Shown in pieces: positions 11,247-23,604 of a stretch of 64,000 bases of DNA (position 1 is its first letter; every line of letters starts with the position of its first letter). The stretch spans positions 87,172,001 to 87,236,000 of the forward strand of contig OX597821.1 in the NCBI GenBank assembly GCA_951406725.2, read 5' to 3'. The DNA comes from Octopus vulgaris (lineage: Eukaryota). The notes under the pieces were generated by a model. That model saw only the letters and a program-made list of their open reading frames with translations, searched no databases and was not told where the DNA came from. Both the position numbers and the translations under genes were made by a program.

Positions 11247-12204
11247 TAGTACCAATGTAGTACATATAACAATATTAAGTTGTCTTATGTGTACAAGTTA
11301 AGTGTCACACACTGAATTAGAATATGACAGCAGGTCCTGGGGTGTGAGGTACTCTCGGATGTACACAGCAACTCCACCGTGACTCCTCTCCTTTCTATCT
11401 GAGTGTATGTCAACATAATGTGGTATATGCATTTCTGCATCCCCTATATGAGGTCTAAGTTGGGTTTCTACAAGTGCCATGCATAAAGCTTGATTGTATG
11501 CCACAAGGTCTTTCAGGAATGAGATTTTTGATTTACAGTTGCTATGCAACAGCCTTCCTATATTCAAAAGAAATATCTTTGTGAAGGTGTGTGTTGGTAT
11601 TAGTGGTGGCCATCTTGTATCTGTTGGTGGTGGTGGCCTTGTGCAGTGGCGGGCACAGTTCCAGGTTTGGGTTTGAAGCCAGGTCAGTCGCTGGAAAATC
11701 TTTTGTGCCATGCACAAAAAAAAGTTGCTGTCCACCTGCTGCCCTTTTCACACCTGGGTGAAGCTGGCCGTTTGCTGGGCCACACACTACATCTGCATAT
11801 TGTCTTTCGGAATTAGACAGTGTGCTATTTTTACTTCTAACTTATGTAGAAATTTAATTAATAGCTAAGTTATACTGGGGATTAAAACTAAAACCAATTA
11901 TGTTGCATTTGACAGGGCAATGTTCATTAGACATCCGTTTATGCATGCTTACACAGATTGTACTGGCATCTACAGGTATATACACACACAAACACACATG
12001 TACATGCACACACACACACACATGTGTGTACAATACATACAAGATTATATGACATGGTCTTGGCCCTCAGTTTCCAGTGGAGTCACAAGGGAGCTGGACA
12101 TGACATACAGTACACCTGTTTCTTCCAATCTGTCTCAGTTGTGTGCTACGGCTTTCCAGTCATGGCTAATGAATGGACTTGCTTGTCCATTCTTTGATCC
12201 ATGT

Positions 12205-12399
12205 CATCAACATCATCATCATCATCATCATCATCATTGACATTGTCCTCATCATCATCAACATTATTATCATCATTGTCATCATCATCATCATCATTGT
12301 TGCTGTTGTCATCGTTATTACTATCACTGTTGTTGTCATCATCATTGTCACCATCATCATCATCATCATCGTCGTCGTCGTCATCATCATCATCATCAT
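12205..12399. repeat. (CAT)n microsatellite, expanded tail of a family D fragment
   Basis: Followed by ttaatgtctgctttccatgctggtatgggtt. Confidence 0.92.
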
Positions 12400-12462
12400 T
12401 TAATGTCTGCTTTCCATGCTGGTATGGGTTGAATGTTTTGAGAGACCAGACAGCAATATTAT

Positions 12463-12650
12463 TTTCAAATTCTGGCACAAGGCCGGCAATTTTAGAGGAG
12501 GGGCTAAGTTGACTTTATCAACCCCAGTGCTCAACTGGTATTTGTTCTATCAAACCCGTAAGGATGAAAGGCAAAGTCAACCCCAAAGGACTGACAAAAT
12601 GCCGATATGCATTTTACCTGGTATACTAACGATTCTGCCAGCTTTCTGCC
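12463..12650 (-). mobile_element. Old SINE family C
   Basis: ggcacaaggcc..aggatgaaaggcaaagtcaacc..aacgattctgccagc. Confidence 0.8.
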
Positions 12651-12908
12651 TTGCATGTTAGCTATACTGAACACTGAATATTAACCCATTAAGGGTCGTG
12701 CTGGTTATAGTTGTTGTTATATCTGAGTCCTATCAGTCAGCTCTGATAAGAAGACTCATGGTAAAAGAGATGGTTGATCATATATTAGAAAGAAAGCCAG
12801 AGATTCAAAAGATAAGTCATGCTTTGGTTTGATTTGGAGAGTTACTGCTTATTCAGAAGGTACCACTGATGGATAGAATGACCTTTGGCTATGGTGTGAG
12901 GTTGGTGT

Positions 12909-13755
12909 ATACATATATACGACAGGCTTCTTTCAGTTTCCGTCTACCAGATCAACTCACAAGGCTTTGGTCGGCCCGACGCTATAGAAGGAGACACTTG
13001 CCCAAGGTGCCACGCAGTGGGACTGAACCCGGAACCATGTGGTTGGTAAACAAGCTACTTACCACACAGCCACTCCTATGCCGTTTATTTTTTTAATATT
13101 TCACTAGTTGGATTGTGAGCATTCTGCGGCACCACCTTGCAGGGTTTCAGTAGAACAGATCAACATCAGTACTTACTCATCATTATTTGTCTTTTGAAGT
13201 CTGGTACATATTCTATTGACCTCTATTGCTGGAATGCTAGGTTATGGATATGTGAAAAAAAGACACTGTTTGTCAAAATGTGGAGGAGAACAAACATAGA
13301 AGCATAGACACACACACATATGGGATATATATATATATATATATACATATATACGACGGGCTTCTTTCAGTTTCCGTCTACCAAATCAACTCACAAGGCT
13401 TTGGTCGGCCTGAAGCTATAGTAGAAGACACTTGCCCAAGGTGCCACGCAGTGAGACTGAACCCGGAACCATGTGGTTGGTAAACAAGCTACCTACCACA
13501 CATAGCCATTCCTATGCCGTTTATTTTTAAATATTTCACTTGTTGGATTGTGAACATGTACTGTAGCACCACCTTGCAGGGTTTCAGTAGAACAGATCTG
13601 AGTACTTACTCATCATTATTTGTCTTTTGAAGTCTGGTACATATTCTATTGACCTCTATTGCTGGAATGCTAGGTTATGGATATGTGAACAAAATGACTT
13701 TTGTCAAAATGTGGAGAACAAACATAGAAGCATAGACACACACACATATGGGATT
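12909..13755 (-). repeat. About 435-bp tandem duplication of (young B 5' half + old B 3' half)
   Basis: Units about 12909-13330 and 13343-13755 share diagnostic decayed sequence (cattatttgtcttttgaagtctggtacatattctattgacc). Confidence 0.88.
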
Positions 13756-14131
13756 CTACACAATTTCTGTCTATTAAACTCACTCACAAGGCATTTGTCC
13801 TCTCATGTTAAAGTGAAACCAATTTACCAAGGTACCACACAGTGGGACTGAAGGATTGAAACTGTGATTTAATAAAAAGAGACCTTCTTAACCTCACAGC
13901 TATGCATAGAGCACAGGGCAATTATCATAATTTATTCTGAGTTGTGTAACATGCAGTCCAGCCTGTTTTATGCAGACTTTCAAAATAAGTAGATAAAGTA
14001 GGCATAACTAGAATTCTTAAGTTTGGCCTAAAGTATAAGTGGCTATTTTTTTCACATGTGACTTTTTAACATCAAACTGCAAAGATAGAAGGATTTATAA
14101 AATTGCATTGCAGTAGTATTTGAGTAAGTTG

Positions 14132-14697
14132 CTCTTTTACTCTTATATTTGTTTCAGTCATTTGACTGTGGCCATGCTGGAGCACCGCCTTTAGTCGAGC
14201 AAATTGACCCCAGGACTTATTCTTTGGAAGCCTGGTACTTATTCAATCAGTCTCTTTTGCCATACTGCTAAGTTACAGGGACATAAACACACCAGCATCG
14301 CTTGTCAAGCGATGTTGGGGACAAACACAGACACACAAACATATACACACACATACACATACATATATATATATCATCATCATCATCATTTAGCGTCCGC
14401 TTTCCATGCTAGCATGGGTTGGATGGTTCAACTGGGGTCTGTGAAGCTGGAAGGCTTCGTCAGGCCCAGTCAGATCTGGCAGTGTTTCTACGGCTGGATG
14501 CCCTTCCTAACGCCAACCACTCCACATATATACGATGGGCATCTTTCAGTTTCTGTCTACCAAATCCACTCACAAGGCGTTGGTCGACCCGAGGCTATAG
14601 TAGAAGACTCTTGCCCAAGGTACCATGCAGTGGGACTGAACCCGGAACCATGTGGTTGGTAGGCAAGCTACTTACCACACAGCCACTCCTACGCCTG
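14132..14697 (-). mobile_element. SINE family B with family D fragment (14374-14524) in its microsatellite
   Basis: B halves flank catcatcatttagcgtccgctttccatgctagcatggg...ccaaccactcc. Confidence 0.88.
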
Positions 14698-15010
14698 ATA
14701 TCTACGCATTTACAGATAGGAAAGCATTACACATCGTAATTGCATGGGCTGGAATAAAAACATATCTATCGCTATTGAAATACATTCTCACTGTTACATT
14801 TAAGAGTGGAGTGACTGTGGAGCCAGGAAAATTACCGTTTTAAATGTTTAATGAGAGTAATAAGAGATAAGTGCAGCATAGTTTGGAAACTGATCCTGAA
14901 ATTTAGCCCATGTAATTTACGATGCACTGCAAAAAAGTTACCAGAATATACTTTTAATAGGGATGAAAAATTTATTTGCTAACCCTATAGAAATTGTAAA
15001 CATTCTTTAA

Positions 15011-15230
15011 CCCTTTCGTTACTGTATTTATTTTGAGATGCTTTCTGTTTCTTTCAATTACTTTAAACATAACAAAGAATTTAGTAAAATAACTTAGTTA
15101 TCGTTCAGCTAGTGTCAGGAACATAAATTGTGACTAAGATTTGGTGGTATATTTTAATTCAAAACTTATGAAAACAAGACATTTGTACTCAGATCCAGAG
15201 CCAGTTTCAGCCGGGTTGGTAACGAATGGG
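15011..15230 (-). mobile_element. piggyBac-type MITE, copy 2 (opposite orientation)
   Basis: TTAA|CCCTTTCGTTAC...GTAACGAATGGG|TTAA. Confidence 0.88.
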
Positions 15231-15501
15231 TTAAACCAGCCTCCTGCTCTTATACTTGGCACAGTGTTTCCCACACATATTTTACAATCAGTGACCTGTC
15301 ATATATTTCTTCATTACTCTATTTATTTTACCCCTACTATGACATACTCTGACATACCCTGCTCATACTCTGCTCTTCTGAGCTCTTCTGAACTTGTTTA
15401 ACCACAACTGTAAACTAATGCATCTATCTCTCTGTCTCTGGTTAACGCCAACTAAAACTTCATAACTAGAACAGTATTTCTGTCAAATTGTCATAGCAGA
15501 T

Positions 15502-15758
15502 CAGTGGTTTTCGACCATTTTTTTTGCCTATGTAGCCCTGTTCTTTGATTCCTATTTTCCTCTACTGCATCTCCTTGTTAAAGAAAAATCCTATAATGTT
15601 TTTGCAATTAAATATTGTTGGGAATTGTATTGAAAAAAAAAATTGTTAAAATACTTTGTGTGCTTTAGAAGTATAACCAATTTATTACTCATAAACTTTA
15701 GCAACAAAATCTTATGAGGACCCCCAAGAGTCATACAGACCCCAGTTGAGATCCACTG
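15502..15758. mobile_element. hAT/Charlie-type MITE
   Basis: CAGTGGTTTTCGAC...GTTGAGATCCACTG termini; 8-bp flanks tagcagat / ttgtagat match 6/8. Confidence 0.7.
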
Positions 15759-15974
15759 TTGTAGATGTTTTTTCTTACAACAGAAATATTTTCATTTCAA
15801 ATGCCACCAGAGACTTGAATAATTCAAATGGAACCCTACAGACTTATCTGCACTCGGTAAATAACATATCTCTGTCTAGGAACGATGTATGTATGGACTC
15901 TTGTTTAGACTAACAAAAGAAAAGAAAATATGAAACAATTACATCCACATGCAAACGTATATACACAACATATA

Positions 15975-16403
15975 TAGGCGCAGGAGTGGCTGTGTGGTAA
16001 GTAGCTTGCTAACCAACCACATGGTTCCGGGTTCAGTCCCACTGCGTGACACCTTCGGCAAGTGTCTTCTGCTATAGCCTCGGGCCGACCAATGCCTTGT
16101 GAGTGGATTTGGTAGACGGAAACTGAAAGAAGCCTGTCGTATATATGTATATATATATATATATATGTGTGTGTATATGTTTGTGTGTCTGTGTTTGTCC
16201 CCCTAGCTGGTGTGTTTACGTCCCCATCGATGCTGGTGTGTTTACGTCCCCGTCACTTAGCAGTTCGGCAAAAGAGACTGATAGAATAAGTACTGGGCTT
16301 ACAAAAGAATAAGTCCCGGGGTCGATTTGCTCGACTAAAGGCGGTGGGTGCTCCAGCATGGCCACAGTCAAATGACTGAAACAAGTAAAAGAGTAAAAGA
16401 GTA
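15975..16403 (+). mobile_element. SINE family B
   Basis: Full copy; local duplication of gctggtgtgtttacgtcccc at 16206 and 16232. Confidence 0.9.
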
Positions 16404-16981
16404 ACATAACTCCCGCAACACATACAATGCATAAACTATACACAGACATACAGACATACATCCTACACAAACACAAAACACACGCAATACAGATATTGTA
16501 TACACACAGCCCACACAATGGCTTTGAGAGAAAAATCTCCAAAGAAACTAAAGTATTTCAATGATATCACAATATTTCGATGATATCAAAGAAATCGATG
16601 GAGGAATGAGAAAGTTGCCATTATTTCTCTCAATAATGGCACACTGTCAGAATGTAAAATGGTGCAGCGTCTTAGAGTCTTTGGTATTGTGGTTTATCTG
16701 CAACTGCTGAGTTTATTGATAAAGATTTTCTGAAACAGCTTCCAGTATGGTCATTTTAAGTTGCACTAAATTGGCATTAATGATTATCTTGTCAGTTGGG
16801 GTTTTTTGGTATTTGTCTTATATGATGGACTGGAGGATACTGCAGAATTTCACATCAACAGATCACAACTGGTATTCTAGCATCTTTTAGCAACCTCATC
16901 CCAGGTCTTTTTTTTTTTAAATTTCAAAACTGCTTGGTTTAATTAATTTCAGCTATACTTGTATATATATATATATATTGG

Positions 16982-17013
<32 letters not shown>

Positions 17014-17084
17014 ATATAATATATATGATATATATATACATAATATATAAAATATATATAATATATATGTATTATATGTTTATT

Positions 17085-17126
<42 letters not shown>

Positions 17127-17127
<1 letters not shown>

Positions 17128-17303
17128 CTGTTTGATTTGAAAACCCCACTAGAATGGGAGAAAGCGCTAATACATGATCTAAGTTATATGATATATAAAA
17201 AATGTAATGTACAAATAAATATCTGTAAATATAAATCATCCGATTTATTGAGTACCTCATTTCTTCTAATATAAAATACCTGTACATCATCTCCAAACCT
17301 TCC
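17127..17303 (+). mobile_element. Second, more decayed copy of the same (TA)n-embedded hammerhead-bearing unit
   Basis: TTGAAAA-ccccact-ag-aatggga-GAAA-gcgc-TA at 17137-17169; shares atctgtaaatataaatc...aatacctgta..tccaaacct with the 40841 copy. Confidence 0.55.
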
Positions 17304-17721
17304 AAAATATATATATATATATATTTATATATAAACATACTTCATTTTTGTATCTGGTTTGCAAGATTCTTTATGTGAATTTGTGTGTTGAAACAAATTT
17401 TGTTGGGTTTAGGGAAAGATATCATGCTGATGTAATTGACACACACTCATTCAGTTCCACTCATTTATTAAATATCTTATTGTTTCGTCTTTGTTAAAGT
17501 TCTGTCATTGCTTCTAGCAACCTTCTCAGTGGCTATTGACTTAATGTCTTATAGAGGTGGCATCAAAAATCACTGAGAAGGTTGCAAGAAGCAACGAAAA
17601 AGTTTTGGCAAACAAAAACAAAACAATCTGTTATTTAATAATTGAGTGGAAGTGAACCAGTCTGTGTGTTGATTATATTGGCACAATGATTCTCTCCATA
17701 TAGACATATACATATGGAGGA

Positions 17722-18011
17722 GGAGACCCTCTGCGGCACAAGTCCGGGTAAGGTTGTTTATGAAAGGCCAGCAGTCACCCATGCATGCCAGCCTCCCCTT
17801 TTCATACTACTGATGTTATCCAAGGGAAAGCCAAAGGCTGATACATCTTGGCACCAGTGACGTCGCAACTCATTTCTACAGCTGAGTGAACTGGAGCAAC
17901 ATGAAATAAAGTGTCTTGCTCAAAAACACAACACACAGCCCAGTCCAGGAATCAAACTCACAACCTCATGATCGTAAGCTTGACACTCTAACCATTGAGC
18001 CATGTGCCTTC
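17722..18011 (-). mobile_element. SINE family A, older copy
   Basis: Shares gacgtcgcaactcatttctacagctgagtgaactggagcaac with the 25003 copy. Confidence 0.85.
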
Positions 18012-18043
18012 ACACATATACATATATATATGCATGTATATAC

Positions 18044-18093
<50 letters not shown>

Positions 18094-18169
18094 TTACACA
18101 CACACACACATATATGTATATGCATGCATATATATTACTAACCTTTGATGGCAGATGTACTGCAGACCA

Positions 18170-19130
18170 TGACAGATAAGCTAAAACAGTTTAAGGGCGA
18201 TAGCCGGGTTTGGGATTAACACTGAAAATACCAATGCCATGTCAATTTGTGGCACTCAAGAACAACTTGTCATGAAAGTGAGTATGTAAATAAGTTTCCA
18301 TATCTTGGAAGCTGTGTTTCCAATAAAGGTGATACAGATGTTGAAGTCAGGACCAGAATAGGTAAAGCAATGTCAGTATTTCAATGCCTTCATCGAATAT
18401 GGAAATTGAAGGCCATCAGTAATAAGATAAAGCTGCAGCTATTCTCATCTGTTGGAATACCAACAACCATCTATGCCTCTGAAACCTGAGAGAAGACAGT
18501 GGAGATCTCACAAATGCTAGATGTGTTCCATTGACTCTGCCAATGTTCAATCCTGGACATGTCTTACCAGGACAGAGTGAGATACAAAGAGGTGATGAGA
18601 AGAGCTGGCATGAGAAATTTTGCAGGACATGGCAACTAAGTGGTGATTATGGCTTGCTGGCCATGTGCTTTGGTTACCACAAGAGAAAGATGGTGCCATT
18701 GTGATGGGGTGGATGCTGGAAAGAGGAAAGAGACCAAGGAAGATGTGGTGCAACATGTACTGAGACACGGCGGTGAGCTGGCAGAAACGTTAGCACGCCG
18801 GGCGAAATGCTTACTGGTATTTCGTCTGTCGTTACATTCTGAGTTCAAATTCCACCAAGGTTGACTTTGCCTTTCAGCCTTTCGGGATCGATAAATTAAG
18901 TATCAGTTATGCGCTGGGGTCAATGTAGTCGACTTAATCCCTTTGTCTGTCCTTGTTTGTCCCCTCTATGTTTAGCCCCTTGTGGGCAATAAAGAAATAA
19001 ACATGCACCAAGACAACATGCTGGTGATGGGAGTTTTCCCAAGTGGAGCCAGGAGGAAGGCGAGTAATTAGAATGTTTGGAGAAGGTATGCTGCCTGTTG
19101 TGCTGACAAATACTGGAAGATCTAAGGGCT
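18170..19130 (+). mobile_element. Decayed RTE-clade LINE, 3' part (end of RT and C-terminus), with nested SINE
   Basis: EYVNKFPYLGSCVSNKGDTDVEVRTRIGKAMSVFQCLHRIWK..SNKIKLQLF..IPTTIYASET* then LDVFH; interrupted by SINE C at 18769-18999. Confidence 0.88.
18769..18999 (+). mobile_element. SINE family C nested in the RTE fragment
   Basis: Degenerate TSD aacatgtactgagaca / aacatgcaccaagaca. Confidence 0.9.
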
Positions 19131-19131
19131 A

Positions 19132-19182
<51 letters not shown>

Positions 19183-19784
19183 TATATACATACATATATA
19201 TATCTATATATGAGTATGTGTGTGTGTAAGTGTGTATCTAGAGTAGAGTCTGTGATGTGTTTGTGTATGGAGTGCAATGTATGTTTGAGATGGGGAATGC
19301 ATAATATGATGAATAGGTTTGTGATGCATGTGGTAATATAGTTGTTGTTGTTGTTGTTGTTGTTGTTGCTGTTGTTTAACTCCAGGTTAACCCTGACCAA
19401 ACATATACATATGATTAAAAGGATTCCTGCTGAGATTATCTCATTATTTAGGAGAAAGTCTTGTAAGTGATATATATGTAGTGTTGACAAGCAGAACAGA
19501 AACAAGTGTGAATGGTAGGGTTATATGAGATTGTGAAAGCATGTTTAGTGTAGCAGGCTCTTCTTATACTAACAGTACATTTTCTTTTGAGTTAGCGCTC
19601 AAGTGAACCATGATCAATCAGACCTGTGATCAAAAACATCCCAATTATGGCCAACCCTTCTTCTGTGAGGAGTGTTTATAATCATATTATTTAATGTGAA
19701 TTCTTCCACATTTTTAAAAATTTTTATGACAGTAAAGAGTGATCTGAGAGAGATTTTTGATGCAATTTCTCATGAAAGAAATAA

Positions 19785-20101
19785 AAAAATAAAACGTCTC
19801 CCTTTTCAAGCCTAGCCAGGCTCATGGGCCCGGTTTCCTGGTTTCTGTGGCATATGTGTTCCCCCACAGCTGGATGGGATGCCAGTCCATCGCAGTGTTA
19901 CTCAAGAAACAGGAAGAGAGAGTGAGAGAAAGTTGTGGTGAAAGAGTACAACAGGAGTCACCCCCACCCCCTGCCGGAGCCTCGTGGAGCTTTTAAGTGT
20001 TTTCACGCAATAAACACACACAATGCCCAGTCTGGGAATAGAAACTGCGATCCTCCGACTGCGAGTCTGTGGCCCTAACCACTGGGCCATCGTGCCTCCA
20101 C
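19785..20101 (-). mobile_element. SINE family E, sister subfamily
   Basis: tggcccagtgg A box, actcgca loop, ctgcgatggactggcatcccatccag; TSD catgaa(a/g)gaaata at 19771 and 20102. Confidence 0.88.
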
Positions 20102-20331
20102 CATGAAGGAAATAGCAAGGTTTAAATAGTGAGTGATAGGAAGAAGTGAAATGAATGAGAGTAATATGATTTATTCAGAAAAGATGGTGGTGACACAGAA
20201 CAAGTAAACTTAATGAAGCAACAGACATTTCTAATAACCATAGAACACACTGATGAAAGATACAGTTCTATTATGATACCAGAGATTAGGGATCATTTAG
20301 AAGCTCTTGTGGGGAACTACTCTAACTACTA

Positions 20332-20630
20332 GGCCATGTGGTTAGAGCAGTGGACTCGCAGTCGAGGGATCGTGGGTTCGAATCTCAGACCGGGTGATGT
20401 GTGTGTTTATGAGTGAAACACCTAAGCTCCACACAGCTCTGGCAGAAGGTAATGGCGAACTTCTGCTGACTCTTTCGCCACAACTTTCTCTCACTCTTTC
20501 CTCCTGCATCTTGCAGCTCCCCTGTGACGGACCGGCGTTCCATCCAGGTGGGGAACCTATACACCAAGGAAACCGGGAAACCAGCCTTAGGAGCCAGGCG
20601 TGGCTTGAGAAGGAACAAACAATAACAATA
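20332..20630 (+). mobile_element. SINE family E (tRNA-Arg-like head, V-domain-like segment)
   Basis: Anticodon-loop-like actcgca, B box ggttcgaatctc; cctgtgacggaccggcgttccatccagg. Confidence 0.88.
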
Positions 20631-20664
20631 GTAGTTCTTGGTGGGTATCTTTGACTCTTCTCTT

Positions 20665-20840
20665 ATTTTTTTTAACATCCATTTTCCATGCTGGCATGTG
20701 TTGGATAGTTTCACTAAAAACTGGTAAGCTGGGGAGTCGCGCTAGGCTCCAATCTGATTTGGCATGGTATTTCTACAGCTGGATGCCCTTCCTAATTCCA
20801 ACCACTCCAAGGGTGTAGTGGGTGCTTTTTACATGCCACT
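20665..20840 (-). mobile_element. Family D fragment
   Basis: ttccatgctggcatg..gctggatgcccttcctaa. Confidence 0.8.
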
Positions 20841-20860
20841 CACACAGTCATTAATTATGT

Positions 20861-20986
20861 AACAGAAAATGGAGTTCACAAGATTCTTTATTAATTACAA
20901 TGATCGTTTCAACCCATCTTGGATGCAAGATGGTTTGAAATGATTGTTGTGATTAATAAAGAATTTTGTGAATTCCATCTTCTGTT
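20861..20986. repeat. About 126-bp imperfect palindrome
   Basis: aacagaaaatggagttcacaagattctttattaattacaatgatcgtttcaacccatctt / aagatggtttgaaatgattgttgtgattaataaagaattttgtgaattccatcttctgtt. Confidence 0.85.
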
Positions 20987-21447
20987 TCTCTCATTTGTTA
21001 CATCCTTGGCAAACACTGAGGAATTCCTGATGTAGATCCACTGGCATTTATATCAATACTGTTGATGACATCAGGTAGCCATAGACAGCAAAAGTGCTTT
21101 AATCAGCATACTACCAAGTATATACCCAAGGCTTAAATAACTTATTACATATATATATATGTGTATTCTTGGGTTCTCTTGTCTTGATATCATGTAATGG
21201 TTGTAAATGAGCATCACCATCATACAAGTGAGGTAGTTCAGTTCCAACACATCTGAGGAAATCATGTCGAGACATGGGGAAATATTATCTTGCCGGAAAA
21301 CAGCTGAGGGTTGGTGACAGGAAAGGTATCTCACTGTAGAAAATCTGCCTTAGCAAATTTTGCCCATCTCTAACAACTGTGGGAATGTAGATGTGAGGAC
21401 ACTGATAATCGTCATCATCTAAATATATGATATTTATTTTATACAAT

Positions 21448-21865
21448 AGGCATAGAGGTGGCTGTGTTGTAAGTAGCTTGCTTACGAACCACATGGTTCC
21501 GGGTTCAGTCCCACTGCGTGGCACCTTGGGTAAGTGTCTTCTACTATAGCCTCGGGCCGACCAAAGCCTCGTGAGTGGATTTGGTAGATGGAAACTGAAA
21601 GAAGCCCGTCGTATATATATATATATATATATGTATGAGTGTGTGTGTATGTTTGTGTGTCTGTGTTTGTCCCCAGCAACATCGCTTGACAACCGATGCT
21701 GGTGTATTTACGTCCCCGTAACTTAGCGGTTCGACCAAAGAGACTGACAGAATAAGTACTAGGCTTACAACGAATAAGTCCTGGGGTCGATTTGCTCGAC
21801 TAAAGGTGGTGCTCCAACATGGCCACAGTCAAATGACTGAAACAAGTAAAAGAGTAAAAGAGAGT
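21448..21865 (+). mobile_element. SINE family B
   Basis: Full copy. Confidence 0.9.
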
Positions 21866-22256
21866 AATGAGTTTGAAGTTTAATTTTAATGTTAAGGATA
21901 CTCTCTACTTCAGTATCTGCAATACTGCACGGATTGTATAAATGTATTTGGAGGTTTATTTTTCCATCAGCCATTTGTAAAGATGTAGTTACAATACAGG
22001 TTGGTTGCAGATTCTTAGATTCTACGAGAAGGATGCTTAGTGGATTGGAGAAGACTATCTGATTAGAAAGTAGGAAGAGGATATAGCATTTTTCTTGCAG
22101 CTTCATTATTGCAAATATTTATTTATATTTATATATTTTTAATTTTTTTTTTGTGGGGATGAGGCAATGGGGATAGAAGAATGCAGTAAGGGGATGAAGC
22201 AGTGTGTTATTCTCCAGCCTTTATCTTCTTTTGGTGCCTCTTCCCTCCCCTTTTGG

Positions 22257-22262
22257 CATGCA
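22257..22262 (-). promoter_or_regulatory. Rbfox-type UGCAUG intronic splicing enhancer downstream of the 27-nt microexon
   Basis: Plus-strand catgca is TGCATG on the minus strand, about 22 nt after the gtaagt donor. Confidence 0.45.
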
Positions 22263-22283
22263 GGGTTGCCTGTCAGGACTTAC

Positions 22284-22310
22284 TGTTTCGCATTATTTTA
22301 TCAAGAGCAG
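22284..22310 (-). CDS. Candidate 27-nt phase-1 microexon (A-ALDKIMRN)
   Basis: Minus strand: ctttatcctctcccctttcgtttctcgcag|CTGCTCTTGATAAAATAATGCGAAACA|gtaagt; consensus donor; TGCATG about 22 nt downstream; open only in phase 1. Confidence 0.7.
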
Positions 22311-22719
22311 CTGCGAGAAACGAAAGGGGAGAGGATAAAGATTTCAATGAAGGAAAATATCTATTTGCTTTCTTAATTTATATTTATCACTTGTTCTTCT
22401 CTGCCCATTGCTCGTTACTCTTCACAACGACTGTAATTATAAAATTAAATAAATGGTACTAGAACAATCAAGTATTGCTGATTTGCCTTTGTTTTATTAT
22501 TTATTTTCATCTCTTGCTGTTGTTGTTGTTGCTGTTCTAGTTTTTATCTTTAAAGTGAGAAAGAATGTAATAATTATGGGACATTCCCAAGTGAAATGTG
22601 AATGCAATTGTTTATAAGACATACACATAGACAATTGCACACAACACACACCAATATATCTCCAAATGCATGTATACACAATATGTGCAAATGTGTGTGC
22701 GCATATCTATAGATTTACA

Positions 22720-22838
22720 AAATACACACACACACACATATACATGGTGTATATATATATTATATATATATATGTTTATATATATATGTGTATATGTATA
22801 TATATATATATATGTATATATATATTTATATATATATA

Positions 22839-22885
<47 letters not shown>

Positions 22886-22887
22886 CG

Positions 22888-22928
<41 letters not shown>

Positions 22929-23066
22929 ACGTATATATATATGTATGTATACGTATATATATATATGTATACGTATATATACATATATATATATATATAT
23001 AATATGTATATACATATATATATAAACACACACACATACATGCATACATACATACATACATACATG

Positions 23067-23098
<32 letters not shown>

Positions 23099-23300
23099 CA
23101 TACATACATATAAAAGCATACACTCTAAATATACACACTTATATATATGTAAAAACACACACATACACACACATATATATATATTATTACACATACACAT
23201 GTATATATATATTTGCACACACACAGATACATATACACCTTTTCATGCATATACAAATGCACACACATAGACTCATCTACACACACACACATGTACATAT
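22720..23300. repeat. (TA)n/(CA)n/(CATA)n compound microsatellite
   Basis: Direct reading. Confidence 0.95.
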
Positions 23301-23604
23301 ACATTAATGCAAACGAGTCTACGTTTGCGCAAAAGTGTATATATGCACAAGCAAAGAAGAAATGCAACTTAACCGTATCCAAAATGAAATTAACTCTAAA
23401 ACTTATAGAATTACCATTTAAACATAAAATACATAAAAACAGACAAAAACAAGTATAGTTAAAGAAATATATATGCCCATAGATAAATACACATATCCAT
23501 ATGCATATAAATAAAGAAAGAAATAAACTTCAAAAAATAAAAATGAAAAAAAAATGTAAACAAATATACTAAAATGTTGTCATAGATTGTAAAAAGCCTT
23601 TAGG

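Larger units (their letters stand above)
9905..11790 (-). mobile_element. Decayed CR1/L2-group LINE, AP-endonuclease region, split by two SINE insertions
   Basis: Reassembled minus-strand peptide: LLNIGRL..ALVETQL..DRKERSHGGVAVYIRE..VICTTYGPS..LLGDFNFPNMGW..QPTRANNILDLSFTNN..HNVKVTPTLISDHNII..NFHKVNW; frameshift and stops. Confidence 0.9.
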
